64,000 nt of DNA from Syncephalis fuscata S228 (GCA_025786725.1 JAHLTZ010000037.1:1-64000); one strand, 5' to 3'. Shown: positions 26,338 to 38,640, counted from the first letter of the stretch. Made by a program: numbers and translations. The notes: generated from the sequence alone by a model not told the origin.

Positions 26338-27477
26338 ATGTACTCAATTACACGCAAACTTCTTACACCAACTGCCTTCCTCGTGATGGCAGTGGCCATA
26401 CTAGCGACAAGTCCAGTCAGAGCCCATATGGAAATGTGCCAACCACCGCCACGCGGTTCCAAATTCTCACCTGATAAATCAAACATCGATTACAACAATA
26501 AAAGCCCAACGCAAGCCATTTGCCAAGGCAAGCCGGCCGGTGCTATTGTCGGCACGTATAAGGCAGGCGGCTCAGTTGATGTCGCTTTTGATGGTTCGGC
26601 CGTACACAATGGTGGTCACTGTCAATTCTCGCTTTCGTATGATGGCGGCAAAACATTTGTCGTTATTAAAGATGTGATGAACGATTGTTTAGTGGGCGCA
26701 AAGAATTATAATATTCCATTGCCTGCAACAGCACCAGCCTCAAAGAACGCTATCTTTGCCTGGTCCTGGATTAACGCAAGCGGTAATCGCGAATATTATA
26801 TGAATTGTGCGGATGTTGCTATCGAAGGTCCGGCAGACGGTAAAGTTTCCGGTCCAAAGATGCTTGTAGCCAATATTCTTGGTGGCCCAACCGTTCCAGA
26901 ATGGGGTGGTGGTGTCGATAAAGTCGGTGCTGGTCTATTTGCTCAACGCCCAACCATTAGCGTAACAGCTAATGGTGCTAGCACGGGTGGTAGCTACGGA
27001 AAACCATCGGCTTATCCCTCCAATCCGCCCGCTTATCCTTCCAGTCCATCGGCCCATCGACTCCTGAGCCATCTAAGCCAGCTTATCCTTCAAATTCAAC
27101 AGCTCCATCAGATGCCGCACCATCTACACCAGCTTACCCTGCAAAACCTGCGACTCCATCGGCTCCGGAACCAGCTCCGTCTTCATCATCCACCAGCTCC
27201 ATCTAATGGATCGGGCTATCCAACGACCCAGCCTCCTGCTTCAACACCACCACCAGCCAGTTATCCATCTCCATCAGCTCCTCTACCAGCTGCTGGCTGC
27301 AAGTCTGACAAACTTCTATGTGTTGATTCTACACATTTCACTACCTGCGCTCCTTCTGGCCCAGTAAAAATGAGTTGTGCACCTGGCACAGTATGTATAC
27401 CCAATGGAAGTGATAATATGACCTGTGGTTATCCAACGAATGTCGAGCCAACGAAGCCGAAATCTTCCTACTATTAA
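26338..27477 (+). CDS. Secreted AA11-like lytic polysaccharide monooxygenase with P/S/A linker and C-terminal CBM19-like module
   Basis: Signal peptide ends VRA then His1 (HMEMCQPPPR); SAVHNGGHCQFSLSYDGG; WSWINASGNREYYMNCADVAI; C-terminal CVDSTHFTTC...MSCAPGTVC. Confidence 0.88.
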   Translation: MYSITRKLLTPTAFLVMAVAILATSPVRAHMEMCQPPPRGSKFSPDKSNIDYNNKSPTQAICQGKPAGAIVGTYKAGGSVDVAFDGSAVHNGGHCQFSLSYDGGKTFVVIKDVMNDCLVGAKNYNIPLPATAPASKNAIFAWSWINASGNREYYMNCADVAIEGPADGKVSGPKMLVANILGGPTVPEWGGGVDKVGAGLFAQRPTISVTANGASTGGSYGKPSAYPSNPPAYPSSPSAHRLLSHLSQLILQIQQLHQMPHHLHQLTLQNLRLHRLRNQLRLHHPPAPSNGSGYPTTQPPASTPPPASYPSPSAPLPAAGCKSDKLLCVDSTHFTTCAPSGPVKMSCAPGTVCIPNGSDNMTCGYPTNVEPTKPKSSYY

Positions 27478-27628
27478 TTATGATACTCACCGTGCAACAA
27501 TGTCGTATTTGACGGTGAATGACATTTAACGATAATAAAACATTTTGTTATGCTGTAATGATAGTGCCTAACCAATAATTAATTGACATGATCATCATTC
27601 CAAATATAAATATTTATTGTAACATGTT

Positions 27629-27763
27629 ATTTATTGTGATTTGGTGTCAAATAACTAAATCTAATAACATTTACGCAATTGAACTAGACATTCGTTTTAT
27701 TGAACATAAGTTGGATGGTGAGTGACATTACTCATTAAAATCATAACATATTCAATTATGCAT
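27629..27763 (+). repeat. Dispersed repeat family B, copy 3 (partial)
   Basis: atttattgtgatttggtgtcaaataactaaatctaataaca...ggtgagtgacatt matches 13992..14075. Confidence 0.7.
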
Positions 27764-27898
27764 CTATGCTCGAATCAATGGCAGCCAATTTATTTTTAAA
27801 TGTAATCACAATTCAATACCAAATAAATGACAATCTAACAATGTATTAAAGTGGAATGGAATTTTCATTGGCCGTGTTAGTAGTAGAAGCAGCAGTAT

Positions 27899-27933
<35 letters not shown>
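27899..27933. repeat. (CAT)n microsatellite
   Basis: About 11 CAT units 3' of the Arb2-like gene. Confidence 0.9.
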
Positions 27934-27990
27934 AGCTATTTGTATCGTCAATAGAAGTCAGACTTGCAGTTGGCACTACTTGATCGCTTG

Positions 27991-29738
27991 CTATAATCTA
28001 GTAGCCATTGAATAGTCATCGTCACTGATGTCTTCATCGCTACTATCATTAAACGCTATATTCTCAACTATAACGTCTTCTCCTTCTTCGTCATCGTCAT
28101 CTTCTTCCGGTTCAAGTGGTGTTAACTCTCCTGCCAAGGATTGGAATACCATTTGACGCTGTTCCTCATCATATATCTTTTTATTATCCGGGCCTAATAT
28201 AGCACACAGATTAGTATAATATCATTTTAAACTGATAAATACCCACCGACGGACAGACAACAACTGCCAAATCGCACATCATTAATCCCCGTGGCTCGTT
28301 TTTTGCTCGAAGCAACCCAGCTAACCGTATGCTAAATCAAAGTTACTACATCTATCGTCATTTATACGCATCTCCTCTACTCACCTCCCTTAACCATACT
28401 TTACTTCTTGCAGTCGGCAATGAATCAATAGCATGTGTAGACATAATGGTATTAATACGTGTTACTCGTTTCTCGAACACATCCACTTGTAAGGATTAAT
28501 ATAAATACATAAAAACAATAATTACTTACACAATTCTCCTATAGCCTCTACAATGCACACACCACCATAGCCCATAGTAACTATATTGACCGTTTTGGCA
28601 GGTGAAAGACTAATTCATCGTTAGTTAGTTATTCTATTATTCTATTATTCTATTATTCCATTATTAATATCGCACTTACGGTAGAATGTCTTTAAACACT
28701 GTTTTAATATGCTCAAAGCCATTTGCATTATCTATACGTCATAATAAGTAATTTTAATAGACATCATGCTCATCTTACCAGGTATCTCTTTAAATCGTTT
28801 ACCATTCGGCATATACACCTTTAATAAGGGTCAATATTCGTATTCATATCCATATTTATATTACATAATTTATAAACACTTACTAATCCCTGTCCTTTGC
28901 GCCAGTAATTAGTATTTGGATTGGTAACCAGTACAGCATATCCTTCATTGAATGCCTGTTGGATATATCCAAACATAGATCCATCCTATCAATTGCCATA
29001 CAGCAATATATCAAATAACATTAGTTATTATATAAATTCTATGTATAACTATTCAACTCACCTGGATACTAACATCAAACAAATGTCGACGATCCCACTG
29101 TCCAACACTGTATAACATTTACAATTAGCATCGATACTGTTGTACTTTATATATTATTTAATTACCGATTATTTCTATCAGAGACTAATACCAATAGTTT
29201 GTCGGCATTGGTCATATAATCATTACTATCACCTAAATTAGTATTCTTTATTTACGCTGTATTGATCACTGTACCTATAATAGATATAAGAATGCGGTTC
29301 GTGGTCAGGCGTATTTAAAGGTAAATTGATCTTTTGAAACTGATAGTGTCCAACTAAATGTTGTTCAACTTCTTTGCCCACAACCTCTGTAAGGTGTCAA
29401 CCGGTTTGACGCATTTAGGTAAGTAGAGAATAAGTAAATAGGTCAGTTCTGCCTTGGCTAATCCCACCCCACTATAACAACTTACCAGCCACCGCGATCA
29501 TATGACATTCATTGTAGACCTTATCGTTGTGTTTAACATGAAAGTTAAAACGTTTACCTGGTAGAATATAGTAGACGGTAGTAAATACCGTTATGTATCG
29601 TTTATTATAAAAACCAACTGACTTACCTTTAAGAGTGCGCAACGGTTTATCCTCGTCAGCAAATTGATATCCCAATTCAACAAGTGTATTTGGAAATGTC
29701 GGTAATTGCTCGACTGGCTTCACTTTACGACGAAACAT
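27991..29738 (-). CDS. ARB2: Arb2/FAM172A-like protein (Arb2 domain, acidic tail), about 10 exons
   Basis: Spliced by hand: FPNTLVELGYQF..FNFHVK..SNDYMTNADKLLVLVSDRNNRVGQWDRRHLFDVSIQDGSMFGYIQQAFNEGYAVLVTNPN..EHIKTVF..VNIVTMGYGG..SWVAS..CLSVG; the GQW-RR, GS-xxYI, NPN and (HS)YGG motifs are typical of this family. Confidence 0.8.
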
Positions 29739-30003
29739 ACTGTAAAGAGTACAATAAACAAATAGAGAAGGAAATGAAAATAGAAAATGAACAAACGGAA
29801 AGAGACGAATAAAACGGGTAAACGAGTGAACAAACGAAAGCTTTTTTATTCCAAGTGCAACAACAACAACAAGAACAAGAACAACAAGAACAAAGACAAT
29901 AACAAGAAGGGTCGTAGTAATAGTAATAGTATCAACGCCAATAGCAATAACAGTAACAGGAATAGTAACAATAGTTATAACAATAGCTAAAATAACCAAA
30001 GTA

Positions 30004-30573
30004 ATGACGCAACCAGATTCACAAAGCTTCTTTCACCAAATATTAGACAGTGAATTGAATGCAGTATTTGACGCACATATTCGTGCAGTATACGCACTTT
30101 CTACAACTGTAACACTGCCTAAAACATCCAGTATAAAATCATTTACAGATTGTGAATATCATACATTTCATATATCCACTCGAAATACAGCAGGTTCAAA
30201 TAACGATGAAATAACAACTATTGTATATTGCTTTGATCGCAATACTACGGTCGCTCCATCAACATTATCACTTGGTGCAGTGCATCTTAGTGGATCTGCC
30301 ACTGCTTTACGTCATTTGTCATTGCCTCGTGGCATTCAACTATCATGGACGGGTAAAGAGATCGTCGAGGTGTTAGGAGAACCAGAACGTAAAGGTGGTG
30401 GTGCATCGGCAACTACCATTGCTATGACATCAACATCGGGTATCTGGCTTGCTTGGGACACGCTTGGTGTGCAAGTAGAGTTAATGGCCATGGATTGGGA
30501 CAGTCCTAATGCTTTAATACGTGAGATTACTATCTATAAGCCACAGATGGCAGTAGCAGCACTAAATAAATAG
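30004..30573 (+). CDS. Hypothetical protein (LPxG..EIVEVLGEPERKGGG..WLAW motif)
   Basis: Intronless 189-aa ORF with ATG start and globular composition; head-to-head with the Arb2-like gene. Confidence 0.7.
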   Translation: MTQPDSQSFFHQILDSELNAVFDAHIRAVYALSTTVTLPKTSSIKSFTDCEYHTFHISTRNTAGSNNDEITTIVYCFDRNTTVAPSTLSLGAVHLSGSATALRHLSLPRGIQLSWTGKEIVEVLGEPERKGGGASATTIAMTSTSGIWLAWDTLGVQVELMAMDWDSPNALIREITIYKPQMAVAALNK

Positions 30574-30774
30574 TAATAGTTTGATTACTCTAGTTAGTAT
30601 TACACTATTTATTTCTTTAATAATTATTAGATTAGTTAGTTAAGCAAATACATGTTATCTACTACAATCACTGAATCATTTAATAAGTTATTTTGACTAT
30701 CATTCCATTGTCTTAATAATAATAATTCAATATCATTGTTTGAAAAAACATTTGATTATTTGTATATTCAATAA

Positions 30775-31920
30775 TTACGAAGTATCCATCTGATCTCCTT
30801 CGACGACGGTCACTAGACTGCGGACCGATGTTTCCAATACCTCTGTAATAGTGGATATAGTGTAAGTTAAATCTATATAAATGACATTTATGACAAATGA
30901 CATACCGGTAGCGCCACGTTGGAACTTGTAGCTTTGTTCTTTTTGTCCACGCTCGTTTGGTTTGGCATAGTTGCGTAGCATTTCGTGTGTACCATGTTCA
31001 ATTACGCAAATATCAACATTGGAACCGGAACCAAGATCGTTGAAAATACCCGATTCAATGGCTGCTTGTACAAGATCAATTGCCTCTTGTCTCTGCCATC
31101 AAATAGATATATTAATGCTTAATTACTAATTACTAGTATAATTTACTTACTTCCATATCCCTCTTCCACCCTGCTTCAAAAACAGCCATAGCAGCCAATG
31201 AACCACTACCCATAGTGACATAGGGAAGCTTATCAGTACTGCCGTGTGGGTAGATAGTAAACAGTTGAGGACCGGTACAGTCGAAACCACCAAGGACGAG
31301 TGCAGCACCAATATGACCTTGATATCTAATAGTAGCCACAAATTGTTTGCTCGTTATTAGCAAAATAAAACATATAGCTTATTGGTCTATTTACTTGAAC
31401 AGCATCTGTTTAAGCATCGTCATGGCGGTAACTACTCGTGATTCACGGCCTGTAGTAAGACGATGCAGCTCCAACTGACTCGAGATAAGTGCAGTGGTAA
31501 ATTCGGTATCAGCAGCAGTACCGGCACCACAGCAGTACATGTTGGGTGCAAGATAGTGAATCTTCTCGCAGTTCTTGTCTGCTACAATCGGTCCTTCAGT
31601 TGCTCGTGTATCGGCACCAAGAACAATACCATCCTATATAGTATTATTGTTATTGTTACTAGTAAGCAACAATTATCGCTATATCTATATGCTCAATACA
31701 CCTACCTTGAACAATACACCGGCAATAGTTGTACCGGTCTTCACTGCTTTGGGCAGTGCCAATCCTTTCTGTTGCAATGCGGTGTTACTATCCATAGCAC
31801 GATTAGTGACTCAGTATTGCATCATCGCTTTTGTAGATCAAGTATATAGATAGCCTGTAAGGCATATACTTACCGCACATGATTATCAAACGAAAAGCCA
31901 CCGGCAATCTTGGACGACAT
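30775..31920 (-). CDS. PUP1: 20S proteasome subunit beta-2
   Basis: Propeptide [17 protein letters not shown]; [21 protein letters not shown]; [11 protein letters not shown]; [13 protein letters not shown]; [13 protein letters not shown]; [13 protein letters not shown]; 4 GT-AG introns. Confidence 0.97.
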
Positions 31921-32059
31921 GATGTGAATTGGAAGGCAAGTGTAAAAACGATGAATAAAATAAAGAAAGTAGATATTGGATGACGTGTGCACTCTTGTAT
32001 GCATATAGACACACCAATAATAAATACTACACTTGGCGTCAAATTTACAATTTATTAAA

Positions 32060-33002
32060 CTATTGCTTGTAAAGTGCCTTCATTTGTGTTAATCGATGGT
32101 TCATTAACCGCTGTTCTTGTTCTAGTTGCTGCTGGGCCTTTTCTTCTTTATTGCGTTCGGCACGACGTTGATTAGCTCGTTGTCGTTTCGTCAAACCGTC
32201 GTCGTCCTCAGGCTGTTGCACTACTGGTCGAGTGGTGCGTGGAAGAGAAGCTAGATCAATCAAGTATTGTGTTAATTGTTTGTATAATATTCTTGAGTGG
32301 CCTACTTACATTCTGCTACAGTCTTGACGGTATACCAGCCATCGGGACCAGCTATGGCGCGTTGACGTCTTGCACCAGCAATTGGTTCCTTTTTCTCCTT
32401 TTCAGGAGGAGTAATTCGAAGTACACGAGCATAAACTGGTCCCTTCTCTTCTGGAAGCATATCATTGTTTTCTTGATGTGTCTTTTGCGTTTCTGGCAAA
32501 GTAGGAAAGTCGGTATCAAATTGCTGTTGCTGTTGTTTAGTACCTCGTTTTCGTTGACCGTTATTGCTATTGTTGTTGTATTTGATTTGTTTTTACGCAA
32601 ACTATTAGATACTCCTACTTTATCGAATTTCGTATTTATTTCTCCTTCATCTTGTTGAATCTTATTCTCGGTAGTGGTGCTAGTAGTGTCCTCTGATACA
32701 ACTAGTAAAGATGAGTCTTTCTTGGTAGGTTTTGTTGTTTGATAACTAGTGGAAGTATTTGCTATTACTTTTGCTTCAACCGTTTGTTTGTGCTTTTTAG
32801 CAGCTTTATTATTCTCTGGCTTGTTGTTGTTTTCTACGTCGGCTGGCTTCTCCTCAAGCGCTTCTATCGTCTGCTTCTTACCATGCCGCTTCTTCTTCTT
32901 CTTTTTACCTCCTGCGGTGGCTGCCTTCTTCCGTCCATGATAAAAGTAGACAAAATAGACCACAGTACCTACAAAAAGTAGGAATACTATACGGACATCC
33001 AT
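32060..33002 (-). CDS. Single-pass membrane-anchored Lys-rich hypothetical protein
   Basis: N-terminal TM (IVFLLFVGTVVYFVYF), poly-Lys, then after a frameshift near 32520-32560 YARVLRITP..DGWYTV, an intron, and LTKRQRANQRRAERNKEEK...RL. Confidence 0.7.
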
Positions 33003-34010
33003 GACTACTGGCCTAAACTTGCTAATAAAGTAAAATGCTATATGATGACTACTTGATGGTGAAGTGTGTGATGAGAGCAAGGAGCAGTTATGGAAACAAT
33101 GTTACAACGAAACTACCATTACATTATAGTCGTAAAAATTTAATGTTACATCTTTTTTACACGAGTAAATATTTAAATTAAGATTGATAATAGATTACAA
33201 TAAGCAATTGTAATATCACCATTGCAATTCTACCATATAACCAGCATTCGCCCCTGTATTACATTCATGAATTAAAGTTGTATTCGTATAAACAGGTTAC
33301 TTTATTATAATGATACCTAAATGAAAAATTATAGTATTACTAGAATGCACATCAATTAAAACTAATTATATATGGCTTTGTAGTTATATTATTGTTTATC
33401 AATACTTATATTAAATGCATTATTAGCTAGTTACATCATTGGAGATGAAGAATGCAAATTATAATCTGCCAACTTTAATAATGTTATTCCCGTAGGAAAT
33501 GGCTCTATTGACATTGAAAAAAAGGGTTTTAAACACTTTAGAAAACTTGATAGTAAGATACAAATTGCATTTGCAATTGGATTTAAGCATGATGTATATT
33601 TATTCCAATCATAGTGTGGAACAATCTTTTTTAAATGTTATATTTATTGTATTTCTAATTAGTAGCAGATAAATCAACTTATGCTTACAATTTTATGCCA
33701 TTGATATTTACTATATTTATAATAAAATACAGATAGACATACGAGTTAAAACAACAAATGTTACTTATTGGATTTACAAATATAAATAACTATAACTAGT
33801 ATCATCTTGGTTTACAGGTTGATATGCAGTTTATTATTAAAACCCAATTTATAATTACATTTCATCTGTATGCATGTCATCGTATAGAGCGAATAAGACA
33901 ACGATAATCAAACATCCAAATTGTAATATTGATTTGTCAAACATTTATTTATGATTTATGCATAGTAAAAACAGTAATGAATAGTGATGAAGATATAGTC
34001 ATTTAAAAGC

Positions 34011-35761
34011 TTAGGCACGCGATGGCTCCACTACAAACTTTCTACCTCTTGGGGATACGGGATCTCGGTAAAGAGGTGCCATGTCATTCTTGGGTGATGC
34101 AACAAACGTGAAGCGACGTACCAGCTCAACAAGTGTCACGCGAAGCTCCATCCAGGCCAAACTAATCAATATATCATTAATGTATAGCTTGTGTAATTTG
34201 ATCATATTACTTACTTGCGGCCAAGACAGGCATGAGGGCCAACAGAGAATGGTGCAAAGTGCTGCTTCATCACAGTTAGCTGCTCAGGCGACGCATCAAG
34301 CCAGCGTTCGGGCGGAACACGTGTGGTTCAGGGAAAACATCTTTGTTCATTTGCATAACGCCAATGGACACCATCACGGTAGTCTATATTGTAAAATGTA
34401 AGGATGCTAACAATATTATAGCTAATCATTAACTTACACCACCGGGAACAAAGTAGCCATCTAACGTGGTGCCTCCTTCAGGAACAATGCGTGGCATGCC
34501 ATGTGGAGCAATAGGTCGAATGCGCATCGATTCGTGAAGCACAGCATCCAAGTAGGTCATGGTCAGAGTGTCTTTATGGCTAGCACGGGTATTTGGATCA
34601 GGATATACACTTTTGATTTCATCAGCAAGTCGTTGATAGTACTCGGGATTTGAGATTAAGAAATACATGGTCCTAAAAGTGAATATGTTAAAATTGAACA
34701 AGCTAACATAAGCGTATTGCTTACCATGTGATAGTAAGAGCTGTGGTATCTGTACCAGCAATCCTAAATAGCAGTATCCATTAGATGACTATAAAGTTAA
34801 AATGCCTATGACCTACATCAGTAGAATTACTTCAGCCATAATATTCTCAGTCGATAATCTGGTGCCAGTTTCAGCATCGAAAGCTTCGATCAACTGTTGC
34901 AATGTATCTTTTCTTCCACTATCGCCCATTTGTCTTCTTTTTTCAATAGCTTCTACCGCATACTAAATGAAGTGTTAATCTACAGTAAATAAAGCGCAGA
35001 TTTCTGATACTTACATCATCTAGTGCTTTGATATCCCTCTTAAGACTAGGGAACAAATCGGAAATAAAAAATCTTCCAAAAACGGCTCTCTATTGCTGAT
35101 TAGTAAATAGTAACAAGCGATAAATTAGTACCTACCGTAACAGCAAATAGAATTCTGTTACCCATCCAATCTATAATCGGATGGCGCTCTTGCTTCTCTT
35201 CAAGAAGTCCAAAGCTTTTACCAAAGCCAACTTCGCCAATGGTATCCTGGATATAATGTAAGAAATCGACAATTATAATTGCAGTTACTTACAAAAGTCA
35301 TGTTCTTTAATAGATTCATCAAATCAACGGAATGTCCAGCATCGGCGTGCTCATTGAGTCTTTCAATAAGACGAGCAATACCGATTTCGTAAATCAGTGG
35401 CTCCAGTTCGTTAGTGCATTGGGTGTATAAGCTGGCATCATCAATCGTTTCTAATAATAAATCAGTTTATTGAAACCATCAGCACATTTACTCACTTGAA
35501 TTCGATGGTAATCAACATCTCTGGTACTGAACACGTTTTCACCACCAATACGATTTGTGGCATAATCAGTACCTTTGACATACTGATGCGAGCCGTTGAC
35601 CTTTCGAATGGATGCAGCACTTGCCACCCAAAGTGTATTGGGCCCTGAATAGTAATTTATAGTTAATTGCGAAGTTCCAGATGTAGCTTTATGGTTGCTT
35701 ACCCGTGCGAACTATAGGGCCATAACGTTCATGAACTTCTGGAAAGTCTGAACGTTGAAGT
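34011..35761 (-). CDS. Cytochrome P450 (N-terminal anchor exon not located)
   Basis: [14 protein letters not shown]; I-helix IAGTDTT; K-helix ESMR; PERW (restored by +1 base at 34310-34312); heme loop [10 protein letters not shown]; about 9 GT-AG introns; second single-base loss near 35410. Confidence 0.9.
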
Positions 35762-36301
35762 CTATAGGCTCGCTTCAAGTTTAGGCATTTTCGACAATGA
35801 GCTTACATGTTTTGATTTGATCATCACTATAAATATGTTTTAACATAAATTGTGTGTTTGACTTCATGTTATTGCGCTATACCTTTTATTTCCATTATAA
35901 ATATAAATATAAACCATATACAAGTGTTATAATTGCATTCAAATTACATCACCATAATAGAAATTTATTATATGAAAGCTATTTTACTTGACTCCCTAGC
36001 TTCAAATAGGACAAAAAGATCCACAACTTGAATAGTAAATCGTCAAGCAGTTTGTTGCAGTGGCAAATCAACTCCGATTGAAATAACCAAAGCCTTAATT
36101 AATCTGCACTATTTTTCAATATCCGATATAGTGTTAATAAATGTTAAATAATATTTCATGCTACTTGCAATAAAATGTTACATTTGCTTCATCAATAGTC
36201 GACAACTAATCTGCGCCTACCAAGTTAATACTAAGAATGCTCAAAAAATGGTGAACATCAGAAATGCAAGTTGTCCTACCTTTTTATTACCATAGACGAG
36301 T

Positions 36302-36723
36302 ATCTTAGATTACAAATATGCCCAAATGCAACAGTAGAATATTAGAAAATAAAAAGACCATTTAGATGCAATAATCCACACTGTACGTAGATATAACAAC
36401 AACAAACGCGGAGCGATATGGAATTGCAATCGTATGGCTTTTATTAATTGAATATTAATCTTTCTACACATAACCAACAACAATGATCAGCCTTTAATGT
36501 CTCAAATAGATCAAGTAGTATGTTACATTGTTTATTGAAATGTTTAAAATGGCAACTACTAATACAATGTCCTATTACATTTAATTTTATTTTATAGAAA
36601 TGATACTGTTATTACATTATACTAATGTTTATTGTGGATGATGATATTACATTAATGTTTATTGTAAATGATCATTTAAACACAATTCAATTAATCCAAT
36701 CAACTCGTCAACTATTCAAATCA
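36302..36723 (+). repeat. Dispersed repeat family A, copy 1
   Basis: Colinear with 62469..62837 (acaaatatgccc..agtagaatattagaaaata..atggcttttattaat..aatctttctacacat..tagtatgttacatt..aaatgtttaaaat..caactattcaaatca). Confidence 0.9.
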
Positions 36724-36857
36724 TTTAGTATTTTCCAGCTCATCTAAAATTTAATGGCGTCATCCCCAAATTGGCATTCTCTTGTACAAACAACTGTCTC
36801 TTTCTACGCAATCGCTTACTTGCATTCATCTGATTCTGTTTAAAGCCTTTTCGTACA

Positions 36858-37652
36858 ATGGTAACACGCGCTCTACCTTATCGTATTAGTTATAGCCAGC
36901 TAACGTATACTATTTAGACTACCTGCGAACTTAGCCCACAAGTGCTGGAGCGTTTAAAGGAATTTCGCTTTATGCGCACTGACAAGACATGCGCACTTAT
37001 TTGTAAGTATATCTACGCCGTCCACCATTGATACTCTTATAATTTATTCATTAGTCAAGATCAATCCTACGGAACTACTTATTGTTGAAGAACAATTCTT
37101 AGAAGATATAACACTTGAAGAATTGGTCGATGAATTACCCGAGAACCAGCCTAGATATCCTTGTTATTTTCAAAAAACTCTTGCTAATGCAGATGCATAT
37201 AATTATTCCTGTTGTTATGACTTTGATTCATTAGTGTGCGTCTTGACCGATTGAATGAATACATATGTATTTTTAAGCTTCCAGGTACACAGCATACTCT
37301 AAGCCATATACTCTATCTCTAACGACACCTGTCCTTGCTGCTTCATAGCTAACGTTAAAGGACAACCGAGTTATCAATCCATTGGTGTTTATTTACTACA
37401 ATCGACTAGGTAGATAGAAACGAATAGAGATAACTGAAATGCCATTAACGTTTTAATAGCATCCTCTCGGTTGAACATGCTCTACGCCAGTTCCAAAACT
37501 CATTTGGAACGAGAAGCAAACGTCGCAAAAGTAAACACACGCTTTAATACACACAAAACTACAAGGCTAACTTATTCTTATTATAGGTAATCGAGTTACG
37601 CGAAGCAGAGCTGTTGACCATGGACTGGCTACGCAGTGAGCTCGCCCTTTAG
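36858..37652 (+). CDS. GMF1: Glia maturation factor (ADF-H domain; GMF/Aim7)
   Basis: Spliced: M|TTCELSPQVLERLKEFRF..IFKINP..TLEELVDELPENQPR|YVFLSFQ|LTLKDNRVINPLVFIYY..NMLYASSKTHL..KVIELREAELLTMDWLRSEL; 6 introns, one AT-AC. Missed by the ORF track. Confidence 0.92.
37155..37262 (+). other. U12-type (minor spliceosome) AT-AC intron
   Basis: 5' ATATCCTT, branch TCTTGAC at 37241-37247, 3' TAC; removal restores PR|YV in GMF; retention gives an in-frame TGA. Confidence 0.88.
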
Positions 37653-37740
37653 GTCAACAAAAAAGACCATACATAAGAGAATAAAGTAAATGGAATGGAG
37701 CGATGGTCCTTTTGCGCAGTTATTTTAAAAAACAATGCCA

Positions 37741-38392
37741 TTAACCTTCGTTAATCAATCCCAAAATCATTCTATATGTAGTAATAACAGACCAATTAAT
37801 AGTAATAGTTAGTCAATAGTCATACATTTCTAATAGTATTATATCTATCGTTCAACTATTCAGACTATCTAAACTTACCGATAAAGATAGTAGAAAAAGC
37901 AGAGTAAATAGAAACCTAGTTTAATAAAAGATTCTCGTTTATGCATTGGCAATGTACGGAAAATATCGGTGGCATCATACATGTGTCGTTTGTTGGTCAG
38001 TCTATAAATGGCAATATTATTAATTATAATAGTCAATTAGTTAATAACTATTAATATTAATTACGCTTACTTTTGAATATTCCATGCAGTAACTGGCAAG
38101 TTAATTATTAAAGCAATCCAACTTCCAGTGAACAAGAATAGAAGAAATAGAACACCTTGAACCAACATTTCTGGTACAACAAACTATAGCATAATACCGC
38201 GCCAATTAATAATCAATTCTGTTATTAGTGCAATTCATGGTAACCTACCTGATTCAGTCGATTGCAAAGATCAATTGGGTTAATATAGTCGCATTCCAAG
38301 TCGGAGAACATGATGATGTAGAACACCATGCCAAATAGAAGCAGTGCGGCGATAATGATCGCTAAAAGAAAAAGCAACGCTTCACCAGACAT
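37741..38392 (-). CDS. ERV14: Cornichon-family ER cargo receptor
   Basis: [67 protein letters not shown]; 3 GT-AG introns. Missed by the ORF track. Confidence 0.96.
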
Positions 38393-38640
38393 GTTGGAAT
38401 ACTTAAAAGACAGCGGCTACTTTATAACAAACGATGATAACTACTGATTAGTACGTGAAACGCGTCTGTCTAACGATAAATACGTCATCTTACCTGTGGC
38501 TTACAGATACGGTGTGTTAACTACAGTCGGAGAGTAACAGTAGTAAAAGACGGAGACAATGAAGTAAGGGATAGATCCACAAAACGTAACTGCACGTATA
38601 TAGCGCGAAGAAAACAAAAGGAAAGGAGAGGAGAGAAGTG

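Noticed and set aside
29472-29999. ORFs 29472..29999(-) and 29787..29990(+)
   Set aside because: The hydrophobic and Asn/Lys strings come from trinucleotide-repeat promoter DNA; the real gene starts at ATG 29738.
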